This document shows positions 57,214 to 64,000 of a stretch of 64,000 nucleotides of DNA, piece by piece. A program made the translations under genes and the position numbers. The notes under the pieces are model-generated. The model had not been told where the DNA came from. It did no database searches and saw only the letters and a program-made list of their open reading frames with translations. Origin of the DNA: Salinivirgaceae bacterium (lineage in GTDB: Bacteria > Bacteroidota > Bacteroidia > Bacteroidales > SZUA-534); contig JAGCNL010000018.1 of NCBI GenBank assembly GCA_017645945.1, positions 64,249-128,248 on the forward strand, in the 5' to 3' direction. Numbering within the stretch: position 1 is the stretch's first letter; every line of letters starts with the position of its first letter.

Positions 57214-58916
57214 TGGTAGCGGCGTTTTCTTAATGCGTTGAATATGAATCCGAAAGCCACAATTATTAAAACTGGAACTACAACATTCAGCATCTGCCAG
57301 GTGGTGCGCTGTTCGGTGATTTTGGCGCGGTTCAGCATCCGCAGTTTGAACTCTTTCGAGCGGCTTTCCATCAACTCGTCGAACCCGCACAGATAGTTTA
57401 TCGCGTTAAGCAGAAATTCCTTATTACCAAACGTTTGGCGTGTGTAGCGGTCGTAGCCGAGCGGCAGCGGCTCACGCTGGTCGCCGTTCTGGCGGAACTG
57501 CTGGCGGATAATGTCGCCGTCAGAAATCACAATCATCCGCGTGGCGGCACTCTGCTTGCGGAACTGCTGACGGCTGAAGCCATCGACCTGCAGCGGACGA
57601 TTCGCGAAAGCGCTGCGGAACTCACCCTCAAGCAGCACTCCGACGGTCAGCCCCGAGTGCGTAAATGCTTCAGGTGCAATGCGTTCGCCGATAATCGACA
57701 AATCAACGCGCGCCGGAAGCGGAACCACGCGGCAGTTGTCCGACGCGGCCAGCAGAATGGTCTTCGTAAGACCCGCATCGCGCCCGACGGTGTCAATTGA
57801 ACTTGCAAAATCGATGCGAATCATATCAAGATTCTTGGTGAGCGGATGGCCGTCAGTTGGTGTAATGATGGGCGAGAAAACCCACGGCGCCGGCTGGAAC
57901 TGCGGCGGCTGCCCCACCAGTGCGGTATTGACGGGAATGACGGCGCACTGCATATCCTGAATCAGATTGGCATTGATGCGCACGCCGTAGTTGAAGAGCA
58001 GGTCGTCGAGATTAAGGTCGAGCTGCATTGCCTGCACCTCGCGCCCGTGCGACAGGCTGTCGATGCTGGCTGTGGTGTTGTCGATGAGCCAGAGCACACG
58101 GCCGCCGGCCATCACATATTGGTCAATCATGAATTTTTCAGCATCGCTGAAGCGGACAAGCGGCTGCGCAACCACAAGGGCACGATAAGTGAGCCGCCCC
58201 ACGGAATCGGTGCTGACCAGCTCGGGCGATGCGTCAACCTGGCGCAGAGTGTAGAATTTGCCCAGCGTGTAAACCATATCCTCCATCAGCTCGGGCGTGA
58301 GCTCGCCGTGGCCGCGCAGGAAGCCGATAACGGGCTCCTCAGGCGTGAGCAGCTGATTGATGGCAAACGTCAGGTCGTACTCGAGCGACTGGATGGAAGC
58401 CTGCAGATTGGCATCGGCTGTGGCCGAAACGTGATTTTTCAGAATATTGACCGCCACATCGCGCCCGGCGTACGACACAATGATGCCGGGGAAGATGAGT
58501 TTTTGCGCCGTGCTGCCATCTTTCTCCTTGATTTGCAGATTGGTAGGGTCGAGACCTTTCTCGTAAAGCTCGCGGAAGATGCGCTCGCGGGCCTGTTGGT
58601 TGGGGTGTTCGGCAGGGTCGATGAACTCATACTGGATGTTCTCGCCGCCATAGGCACGGAACTCGTCGAGAATCTCGCGCACCGAGTTCTGAAGGCGCTG
58701 GAACCCTGCTGGCAGGTCACCGTCGAGATAGACGCGGAACAGAATCTCATCGTCGAGACGCGACAGGAGCTGCTTTGTGGGTTTCGACAACGAATAGCGC
58801 TTGTCGGCTGTGAGGTCGAAGCGCGCGTTGAAATACGACGACAGAATGCCAATCATCAGCAGAATGGCAACCTTGACGGCCGTTTCGATTGTGAGTTGTT
58901 TTCGAATAGCCGTCAT
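57210..58916 (-). CDS. gldG: Gliding-motility-associated ABC transporter substrate-binding protein GldG
   Basis: N-terminus FDLTADKRYSLS...L..L.D.I.F.VYL.G.LP, a C-terminal TM helix, and adjacency to gldF. Confidence 0.88.
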   Translation of the reverse strand: MTAIRKQLTIETAVKVAILLMIGILSSYFNARFDLTADKRYSLSKPTKQLLSRLDDEILFRVYLDGDLPAGFQRLQNSVREILDEFRAYGGENIQYEFIDPAEHPNQQARERIFRELYEKGLDPTNLQIKEKDGSTAQKLIFPGIIVSYAGRDVAVNILKNHVSATADANLQASIQSLEYDLTFAINQLLTPEEPVIGFLRGHGELTPELMEDMVYTLGKFYTLRQVDASPELVSTDSVGRLTYRALVVAQPLVRFSDAEKFMIDQYVMAGGRVLWLIDNTTASIDSLSHGREVQAMQLDLNLDDLLFNYGVRINANLIQDMQCAVIPVNTALVGQPPQFQPAPWVFSPIITPTDGHPLTKNLDMIRIDFASSIDTVGRDAGLTKTILLAASDNCRVVPLPARVDLSIIGERIAPEAFTHSGLTVGVLLEGEFRSAFANRPLQVDGFSRQQFRKQSAATRMIVISDGDIIRQQFRQNGDQREPLPLGYDRYTRQTFGNKEFLLNAINYLCGFDELMESRSKEFKLRMLNRAKITEQRTTWQMLNVVVPVLIIVAFGFIFNALRKRRYQ

Positions 58917-59638
58917 TTTTTGTCGATTTTGAGTTTGTATTGCGTGAGCAGCACAAAGAACGCCGCCGTGCAGACGAAATAAACCAAATCGCGGGTGTCG
59001 GCCACTCCGCGGCTGATTGAACGGTAGTGCTCATCGATGCTCAATGCGCTCATAATCTGACCGATACCGCCAAAAGCATCGCCCACCACATCGAACCCCA
59101 TATAAAAAACGAAGGTGATGACGATGGCCAGCAGAAACGCAACCACCTGACTGTCAGTCAGCGACGAGCAGAAGCACCCGATGCTCACATACACCATGGC
59201 CAGAAGCACCAGCCCGATGTAAGAGCCCCACGTGCCGCCGGTGTCGATGTTGCCCGCAGGATTGCCCAGCAGGTAAACCGACAGAAAATATATCAGCGTT
59301 GGCGCGATGGCGATGAGCGCAATGGCCAGCGATGCCAGATTCTTGCCCAGAACCAGTTGTGTTTCAGTGAGCGGGCGTGTTTGCAGCAGGTCGAGCGTGC
59401 CCGTTTTGCGCTCTTCGGCGAAACTGCGCATTGTGATGGCCGGTATCAGGAACAGAAAAAGCCACGGCGCCAGCCCGAAAAGCCCGTCGAGCGTGGCATA
59501 GCCGCCGTCGAGCACATTGTTGCCCCCAGGAATCACCCAAAGGAACAACCCTGTGGCTATCAGGAAGATAAGAATTGCCAGATAGCCCATCACTGAACTG
59601 AAAAATCCGGCCAACTCTTTTTTGAAAACTGCAAACAT
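58913..59638 (-). CDS. gldF: Gliding-motility-associated ABC transporter permease GldF
   Basis: FKKEL..FF.S..GY......L...GLF.W, MRSFAEE(R)K.GT.(D)LL.T.P. It overlaps gldG by 4 nt. Confidence 0.88.
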   Translation of the reverse strand: MFAVFKKELAGFFSSVMGYLAILIFLIATGLFLWVIPGGNNVLDGGYATLDGLFGLAPWLFLFLIPAITMRSFAEERKTGTLDLLQTRPLTETQLVLGKNLASLAIALIAIAPTLIYFLSVYLLGNPAGNIDTGGTWGSYIGLVLLAMVYVSIGCFCSSLTDSQVVAFLLAIVITFVFYMGFDVVGDAFGGIGQIMSALSIDEHYRSISRGVADTRDLVYFVCTAAFFVLLTQYKLKIDKK

Positions 59639-59704
59639 TATTTCAGAAGTTTTGCGGCGAAGATAAAAGCTTTTGCAATGCGGTTGCCTATTCTATTTAG
59701 CCGA

Positions 59705-60016
59705 CTAAAAAACAGCAGCCATCTTTCTAATATTCTTTAAGATATTTTTTGTGGCCGTATCTTTACGAGCCGTCTGCATATTGTACTTTGTTTGAAGATA
59801 CATCAGCGAATCGGCGGGCACATCAAGCGCAGCCTCGAACATTAGGGCGGTTTTTGCCGTCAGCGGGCGACGCCCGTTCAGGATTTCATTAACCACCGAA
59901 TAGGTTAAGCCCATATTTTCAGCCAATTGGCGTTGACTGATACCGCGCTCTGCAATCTCATCTTTCAGCACCTCGCCAGGATGCGTTGGATATGCTCCAT
60001 AACCTAAATTTCCCAT
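59705..60016 (-). CDS. higA: HigA-family antitoxin (XRE-type HTH)
   Basis: HPGE.L..E.....G.SQ..LA...G.....(V)NEI.NG.R.(L)TA..AL. Confidence 0.88.
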   Translation of the reverse strand: MGNLGYGAYPTHPGEVLKDEIAERGISQRQLAENMGLTYSVVNEILNGRRPLTAKTALMFEAALDVPADSLMYLQTKYNMQTARKDTATKNILKNIRKMAAVF

Positions 60017-60022
60017 AATCTG

Positions 60023-60331
60023 CTATTTATAGTGATTCGACAATTCAATGATATTACAGATAACAATTCCTTCCTGCTCCGATGATTTGAACTCAATTCG
60101 ATATTGGTCGTTAACACGAACCGACTCCAAGCCTTCCTTATCACCCGATAATTTCTCGTAGTGCAGCGACTGGTAGCGGAACAAATCGGTGGTCTTGCCT
60201 ACCGAATCAAGAATATTTACCACCCGGATGTAACGTTTCACAATATCAGGCTGATAGCGATGATGCTTATCGTCGCTTTTGCCGTTGTAGAACAACTCGC
60301 GCAGATAGTCCTTTTCAAACGTTATCTCCAT
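60023..60331 (-). CDS. higB: HigB-like toxin (RelE/ParE superfamily, plasmid-maintenance killer type)
   Basis: LHYEKLSGDKEGLESVRVNDQYRIEF...I.ELSNHY. I chose the ATG at 60331 (MEITFEKDYL). Confidence 0.8.
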   Translation of the reverse strand: MEITFEKDYLRELFYNGKSDDKHHRYQPDIVKRYIRVVNILDSVGKTTDLFRYQSLHYEKLSGDKEGLESVRVNDQYRIEFKSSEQEGIVICNIIELSNHYK

Positions 60332-60371
60332 ATCATTTTCTATTGATACAAAGACAATACTTTTTATCGAC

Positions 60372-60390
60372 ATTCGCAAATTTTGCGAAT
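60372..60390. promoter_or_regulatory. Palindrome ATTCGCAAA-T-TTTGCGAAT, candidate HigA operator
   Basis: Perfect 9-bp arms lie 41-59 nt upstream of the higB ATG. Confidence 0.5.
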
Positions 60391-60404
60391 TTATTTTTTA
60401 GGCA

Positions 60405-60650
60405 TCAATGTTGATCATCACCATTATTGTAATTTCCTGCCGCTTCGTCTTCCAAATACGAAAAAACATACCCGGGACTCTGAAAAAAAAGCCCCGTGTT
60501 GGAATCGGATATTTTTTTGAAGGTATCCGACGCATAATAGTATCTGAAAGCCTCCTCCATTGTCATATTCTTACGCTCCATAAGCATAGCAATCAGGTCT
60601 TTAGACAATGTTTCCTTCAAATATCTGAATTGCGATTCGGTAACGTTCAT
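60405..60650 (-). CDS. DUF3791-like small protein (distal copy)
   Basis: 81 aa with Y.S.T...(I)SD..TGL...S..Y.(F)..L. Its ATG overlaps the TGA of the DUF3990 gene (ATGA). Confidence 0.7.
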   Translation of the reverse strand: MNVTESQFRYLKETLSKDLIAMLMERKNMTMEEAFRYYYASDTFKKISDSNTGLFFQSPGYVFSYLEDEAAGNYNNGDDQH

Positions 60651-61114
60651 AGTCGTTTCAATTTAGATATTGCCAATGGGGAGCAAAAGGCGTATTGGAA
60701 AGTTATGCCCTTTTTGTATTCAAGATTTTTAAGAAAGGCGTCCATTGAGATTTTCCGCTCACGCAAATCACGAATCTGCACACCAACAGTGTCGTTTGCT
60801 ATCGGGCCATAGACAATGTCGAAATCGTGCCGAAAATCAGTTCTCTCGTCGCGATTATTGAAAACAAATTCCGCCCATTCCAAAGTGTAACCATCGAAAT
60901 GTTTGATTTTTAAGCCTTCAACCGCATTATCATCGAAATCGAATACAGTGATTGTCTCTGTTCCGCCCTGCGTAAGCACCTTGAAACGAGCCATTTCAAG
61001 CGCCTGACTTTTATCGGTTGACAGATAAAACGCCTTTCCGAAATCTTTATACGGGCGCGATTTTGCAAGGTCAACCTCGCCGATTTCCATATTTGAGCCG
61101 TGGAAAAGAAGCAT
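60647..61114 (-). CDS. DUF3990 domain protein
   Basis: N-terminal LFHGS, GFYLS-type motif (KAFYLST), YGPIANDTV. The ATG at 61114 shares one nt with the TAA of the upstream gene. Confidence 0.75.
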   Translation of the reverse strand: MLLFHGSNMEIGEVDLAKSRPYKDFGKAFYLSTDKSQALEMARFKVLTQGGTETITVFDFDDNAVEGLKIKHFDGYTLEWAEFVFNNRDERTDFRHDFDIVYGPIANDTVGVQIRDLRERKISMDAFLKNLEYKKGITFQYAFCSPLAISKLKRL

Positions 61115-61335
61115 TACAAGGTACCTCCGTGCTTTCTGCAATACGATGCCATACCGTCAACGCTGTCGGCGAACGAAAGGGTGTGCATAATACCGTAGCA
61201 CTCCTCAATCAGTTTCAAACCGCTGCAACGGTCGATATAACCGAACGCCTCCGCCTCCGACAAACCGAACTTTTTAGCAAATTCGTTTATCAAGGCTATC
61301 GTATATTCAATAATATCAACTCTATCTTTCGACAT
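61114..61335 (-). CDS. DUF3791 domain protein (proximal copy)
   Basis: 73 aa: IIEYTIALINEFAKKFGLSEAEAFGYI...YGIMHTLSF...V..M...C...GG. Confidence 0.75.
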   Translation of the reverse strand: MSKDRVDIIEYTIALINEFAKKFGLSEAEAFGYIDRCSGLKLIEECYGIMHTLSFADSVDGMASYCRKHGGTL

Positions 61336-61603
61336 AGCATCTCATTTTTCGATATACAAACATACAAAATTTCAACAAATTGTGTATTGCTGTCGTTTCG
61401 CGCATAAAACCCTTTTTCCTTCAGCCTTCCCCGACTGCAGGAAGGATTTTGAAGCCACTCTCAATCCCATTAAAACACAAAAAATCAATTGCATTTTTTC
61501 CTTTTTCAAAAATTCACACTACCTTTGTTTTAATGAAACCCAAATTCATCCATATTGTACGCGCTTTGGACGGCAAACGTAATTTGCTGAATGCCAATAT
61601 TTT

Positions 61604-61614
61604 ACCCCCCCCCC
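61604..61614. repeat. Homopolymeric C11 tract
   Basis: I counted it directly: 7 C at 61604-61610 plus 4 C at 61611-61614. It lies 177 nt upstream of the collagen-like gene. Confidence 0.95.
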
Positions 61615-61700
61615 CGCATCGGGGCTAACTTCCTCATTTACACGGATTTCGACGCATTCGGTTGTGCCGGAGGGCTATTGCTGTGCGCGCGTTGCGAACT

Positions 61701-61728
61701 CGTAATTCATAATTCGTAATTCGTAATT
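61701..61728. repeat. Heptamer tandem repeat CGTAATT x4 (one CATAATT variant)
   Basis: Read directly. Confidence 0.9.
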
Positions 61729-61790
61729 AAATGAAAAATTGAGAATTAATGACATATAAATTTTAACTTAAACTAAAAGCTATTAAACAC

Positions 61791-64000
61791 ATGAAAATCA
61801 AAAATTTGATTCTAACGATTGCCACAGCGCTGGCCACCATGGCCGCCGTGGCGCAGACTGACGGCTTCAACTATCAGGCCGTGGTACGAAACGCTCAAGG
61901 CGAGCTGGTGAGCAGCTCCGATGTTCAGTTGCGGCTCACTCTCACCGCAGCCGACGGCTCAGTTCTCTATCAGGAGACACAGAAGGTAAAAACCAACGCT
62001 TACGGCGTACTGAGCGTGACTGTGGGCACGGGAACGCCCGCGCAGGGCAAGTTTGCCGATGTTGACTGGGCAAAGGCTGACATTTCAATGAAAGTGGAGA
62101 TTGACGCCAAAGGCGGCGCTGAATTCACCGACCTTGGAACCACCAAGCTCCAAGCCGTGCCGTACGCTTATTTTGCAGCCACCTCACCGAGCAGCAAGGG
62201 CGAGAAGGGCGACAAAGGTGACACTGGCGAGAAAGGTGAAAAAGGCGACAAGGGAGACACCGGCGAGAAAGGTGACCAGGGCGAGCCCGGACCGCAAGGC
62301 CCGCAGGGTGCCAAAGGTGACAAGGGAGATGCCGGAACAGGCCTCACCAACCGCGGCGCATGGGCAAGCGGAACACAATATAAGACAGGCAATTACGTGT
62401 TTGCAGCAAGTGCAACAAACGCTAACGCCAACACCATGTGGATTGCCGAGGGCGAATTCACCTCGACCAAGCAGCCGAAAGACGACGCTGCCAACTGGGT
62501 TGAGTTCACCGCACCTGCCGGCGAGGCTGGCGCAGGCATTGCCAGCGCTGTTTTTGATGGCGGCGTGCTGACCATCACCACCACCGACGGCAACAGCTAT
62601 GTGTCTGGTAATCTGAAAGGTGAGAAGGGTGACAAAGGCGATAAAGGTGACACCGGAGAAAAAGGCGAGAAAGGTGATAAAGGCGACCCTGGCCAGCAAG
62701 GCTTGCAGGGTGTCCAGGGCGAGCCCGGACCGCAAGGCCCGCAAGGTGCCAAAGGTGACAAGGGTGACGCCGGAACAGGCCTGACAAACAAAGGCAACTG
62801 GGTAAGCGGAACACAATACAAATCAGGCGATTATGTGTTTGCAGCAAGCAAGGCAAACGCTGCCGTGAACTCAATGTGGATTGCACAGAACAACTTCACA
62901 TCGGCCACCGAGCCGAAAAGCGACGCCACCAACTGGGTTGAGTTCACAGCTCCTGCAGGAGAGGCTGGCGTGGGCATTGCCAACGTAACCTTCACTGACA
63001 ATGTGATGACCGTTGCAACCACCGACGGCAACACGTATGTGTCCGGTAATCTGAAAGGCGAGCAGGGACCGCAGGGCCCCAAAGGCGATGACGGCATGCA
63101 GGTACAAGGCTCCAAGGGGCAGACTCTTGTGCACGACGGCACAACATGGGTTGCCACCGACGAGATTGCCGTGAAGAAACTCGATGTGAAAGCATCAACC
63201 GAAACCGAGGAGGCGCTCTTCGAGGTTAAGGACAAGGAAGGAAACGTTGTGTTTGCCGTATATCCGAACGCCGTGCGCGTGTATGTTGACGAGGACGCAG
63301 CAGCAAGCGGCAGTAAGCCAATCGCCACAGGTTTTGCCGTTGCAGGCCGTCGGGCTGGAGCCAAAGATGGTGCAGGCAGTGAGATTTTCGCCGTTAATGC
63401 CGAAGGAACAAAAGTCTTTATCGATGATGAGACAAAAGATGGTGGCAAACCAATGGCCACAGGTTTTGCCGTTGCTGGCCGCAGCGCTCCTGCCAAAGAC
63501 AACTCTGCCAATAACAACTATCTGGTTATCAACAGCGAAGGAACAAAAGTCTTTATTGATGATGAGACAAAGGACGGTGGCAAACCGATGGCCACAGGTT
63601 TTGCCGTTGCTGGCCGCAGTGCCCCTGCAAAAGACAACTCTGCCAACAACAACTATTTTGTTATCAATAACGAAGGAACAAAAGTATTTATCGATGATGA
63701 GACAAAAGATGGTGGCAAACCGATGGCCACTGGCTTTGCCGTTGCCGGACGCCATGGTGCTGCAAAAGATGGCGGTAACGACTATCTCTCAGTAAGCACC
63801 ACAGGCACACAAGTCTTCTTTGATAATGATGATGACAAGGTGATGGCCACTGGCTTTGCCGTTGCAGGACGCCACGGTGCTGCAAAAGATGTTACCAGCG
63901 ACTATTTCTCTGTTAACACTGATGGTACTCAGGTTTATTTTGACAACGACGGGACAAAAGACGGCGACAAGGTGATGGCAACTGGTTTTGCCGTTGCCGG
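61791..64000 (+). CDS. Collagen-triple-helix-repeat surface protein (3'-partial, runs off the window)
   Basis: Frame 3 stays open from the ATG at 61791 to 64000; I translated it by hand. It has a signal peptide, an N-domain homologous to the 702-aa protein, and three G-X-Y blocks (two long GEKGDKGDTGEKG..., the third short). A 140-aa module is duplicated. Six or more units of about 40 aa read KPMATGFAVAGR..AKD. The ORF is absent from the track because no stop is reached. Confidence 0.88.
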   Translation, partial: MKIKNLILTIATALATMAAVAQTDGFNYQAVVRNAQGELVSSSDVQLRLTLTAADGSVLYQETQKVKTNAYGVLSVTVGTGTPAQGKFADVDWAKADISMKVEIDAKGGAEFTDLGTTKLQAVPYAYFAATSPSSKGEKGDKGDTGEKGEKGDKGDTGEKGDQGEPGPQGPQGAKGDKGDAGTGLTNRGAWASGTQYKTGNYVFAASATNANANTMWIAEGEFTSTKQPKDDAANWVEFTAPAGEAGAGIASAVFDGGVLTITTTDGNSYVSGNLKGEKGDKGDKGDTGEKGEKGDKGDPGQQGLQGVQGEPGPQGPQGAKGDKGDAGTGLTNKGNWVSGTQYKSGDYVFAASKANAAVNSMWIAQNNFTSATEPKSDATNWVEFTAPAGEAGVGIANVTFTDNVMTVATTDGNTYVSGNLKGEQGPQGPKGDDGMQVQGSKGQTLVHDGTTWVATDEIAVKKLDVKASTETEEALFEVKDKEGNVVFAVYPNAVRVYVDEDAAASGSKPIATGFAVAGRRAGAKDGAGSEIFAVNAEGTKVFIDDETKDGGKPMATGFAVAGRSAPAKDNSANNNYLVINSEGTKVFIDDETKDGGKPMATGFAVAGRSAPAKDNSANNNYFVINNEGTKVFIDDETKDGGKPMATGFAVAGRHGAAKDGGNDYLSVSTTGTQVFFDNDDDKVMATGFAVAGRHGAAKDVTSDYFSVNTDGTQVYFDNDGTKDGDKVMATGFAVA

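Noticed and set aside
62101-63885. Multiple overlapping ORFs on both strands over the collagen-like gene
   Set aside because: G-X-Y coding DNA is open in several frames. Only frame 3 on the plus strand gives a signal peptide, collagen repeats and continuity from 61791 to the window end.

Overview
This window looks like a chromosomal segment from a Bacteroidota, probably Bacteroidales, genome. The evidence is T9SS C-terminal sorting domains, gldF/gldG, an S46 dipeptidyl-peptidase, and TAnnTTTG -7 promoter boxes at sensible distances from start codons. About 40% of the window is two tandem giant minus-strand genes for secreted surface proteins. One encodes 3594 aa (GLUG-type units plus Listeria-Bacteroides B-repeats). 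The other encodes about 4969 aa (CUB-like head, BspA-type LRRs with Trp-rich modules, PPC-like domains, B-repeats). They have unrelated heads but share a colinear, near-identical 2.1 kb 3' module covering stalk, sorting domain, terminator and downstream element. A third family member ends at 447. Housekeeping genes fill most of the rest: trmD, trxA, comM, tpiA, tmk, mgtE, rsmA, sufCD, a MacB-like ABC transporter, Nif3, bactofilin and gldFG. Accessory items are listed below.
- A GIY-YIG ORF sits between decayed tRNA-Asn 3' halves next to the intact tRNA.
- A DUF262 gene is translationally coupled to a lipoprotein gene.
- A higBA pair lies next to a tightly coupled DUF3791-DUF3990-DUF3791 triad.
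- A fibre-like/lectin operon and a collagen-like surface gene are present; the collagen-like gene is preceded by a C11 tract.
- Many intergenic spacers are filled with 7-nt and 9-nt tandem word mosaics, an 18-bp palindrome and a CTCTAACC...GGTTAGAG inverted-repeat family.
No CRISPR array, rRNA, transposase or recombinase gene was seen. All family assignments come from motif recognition by eye; no searches were run.
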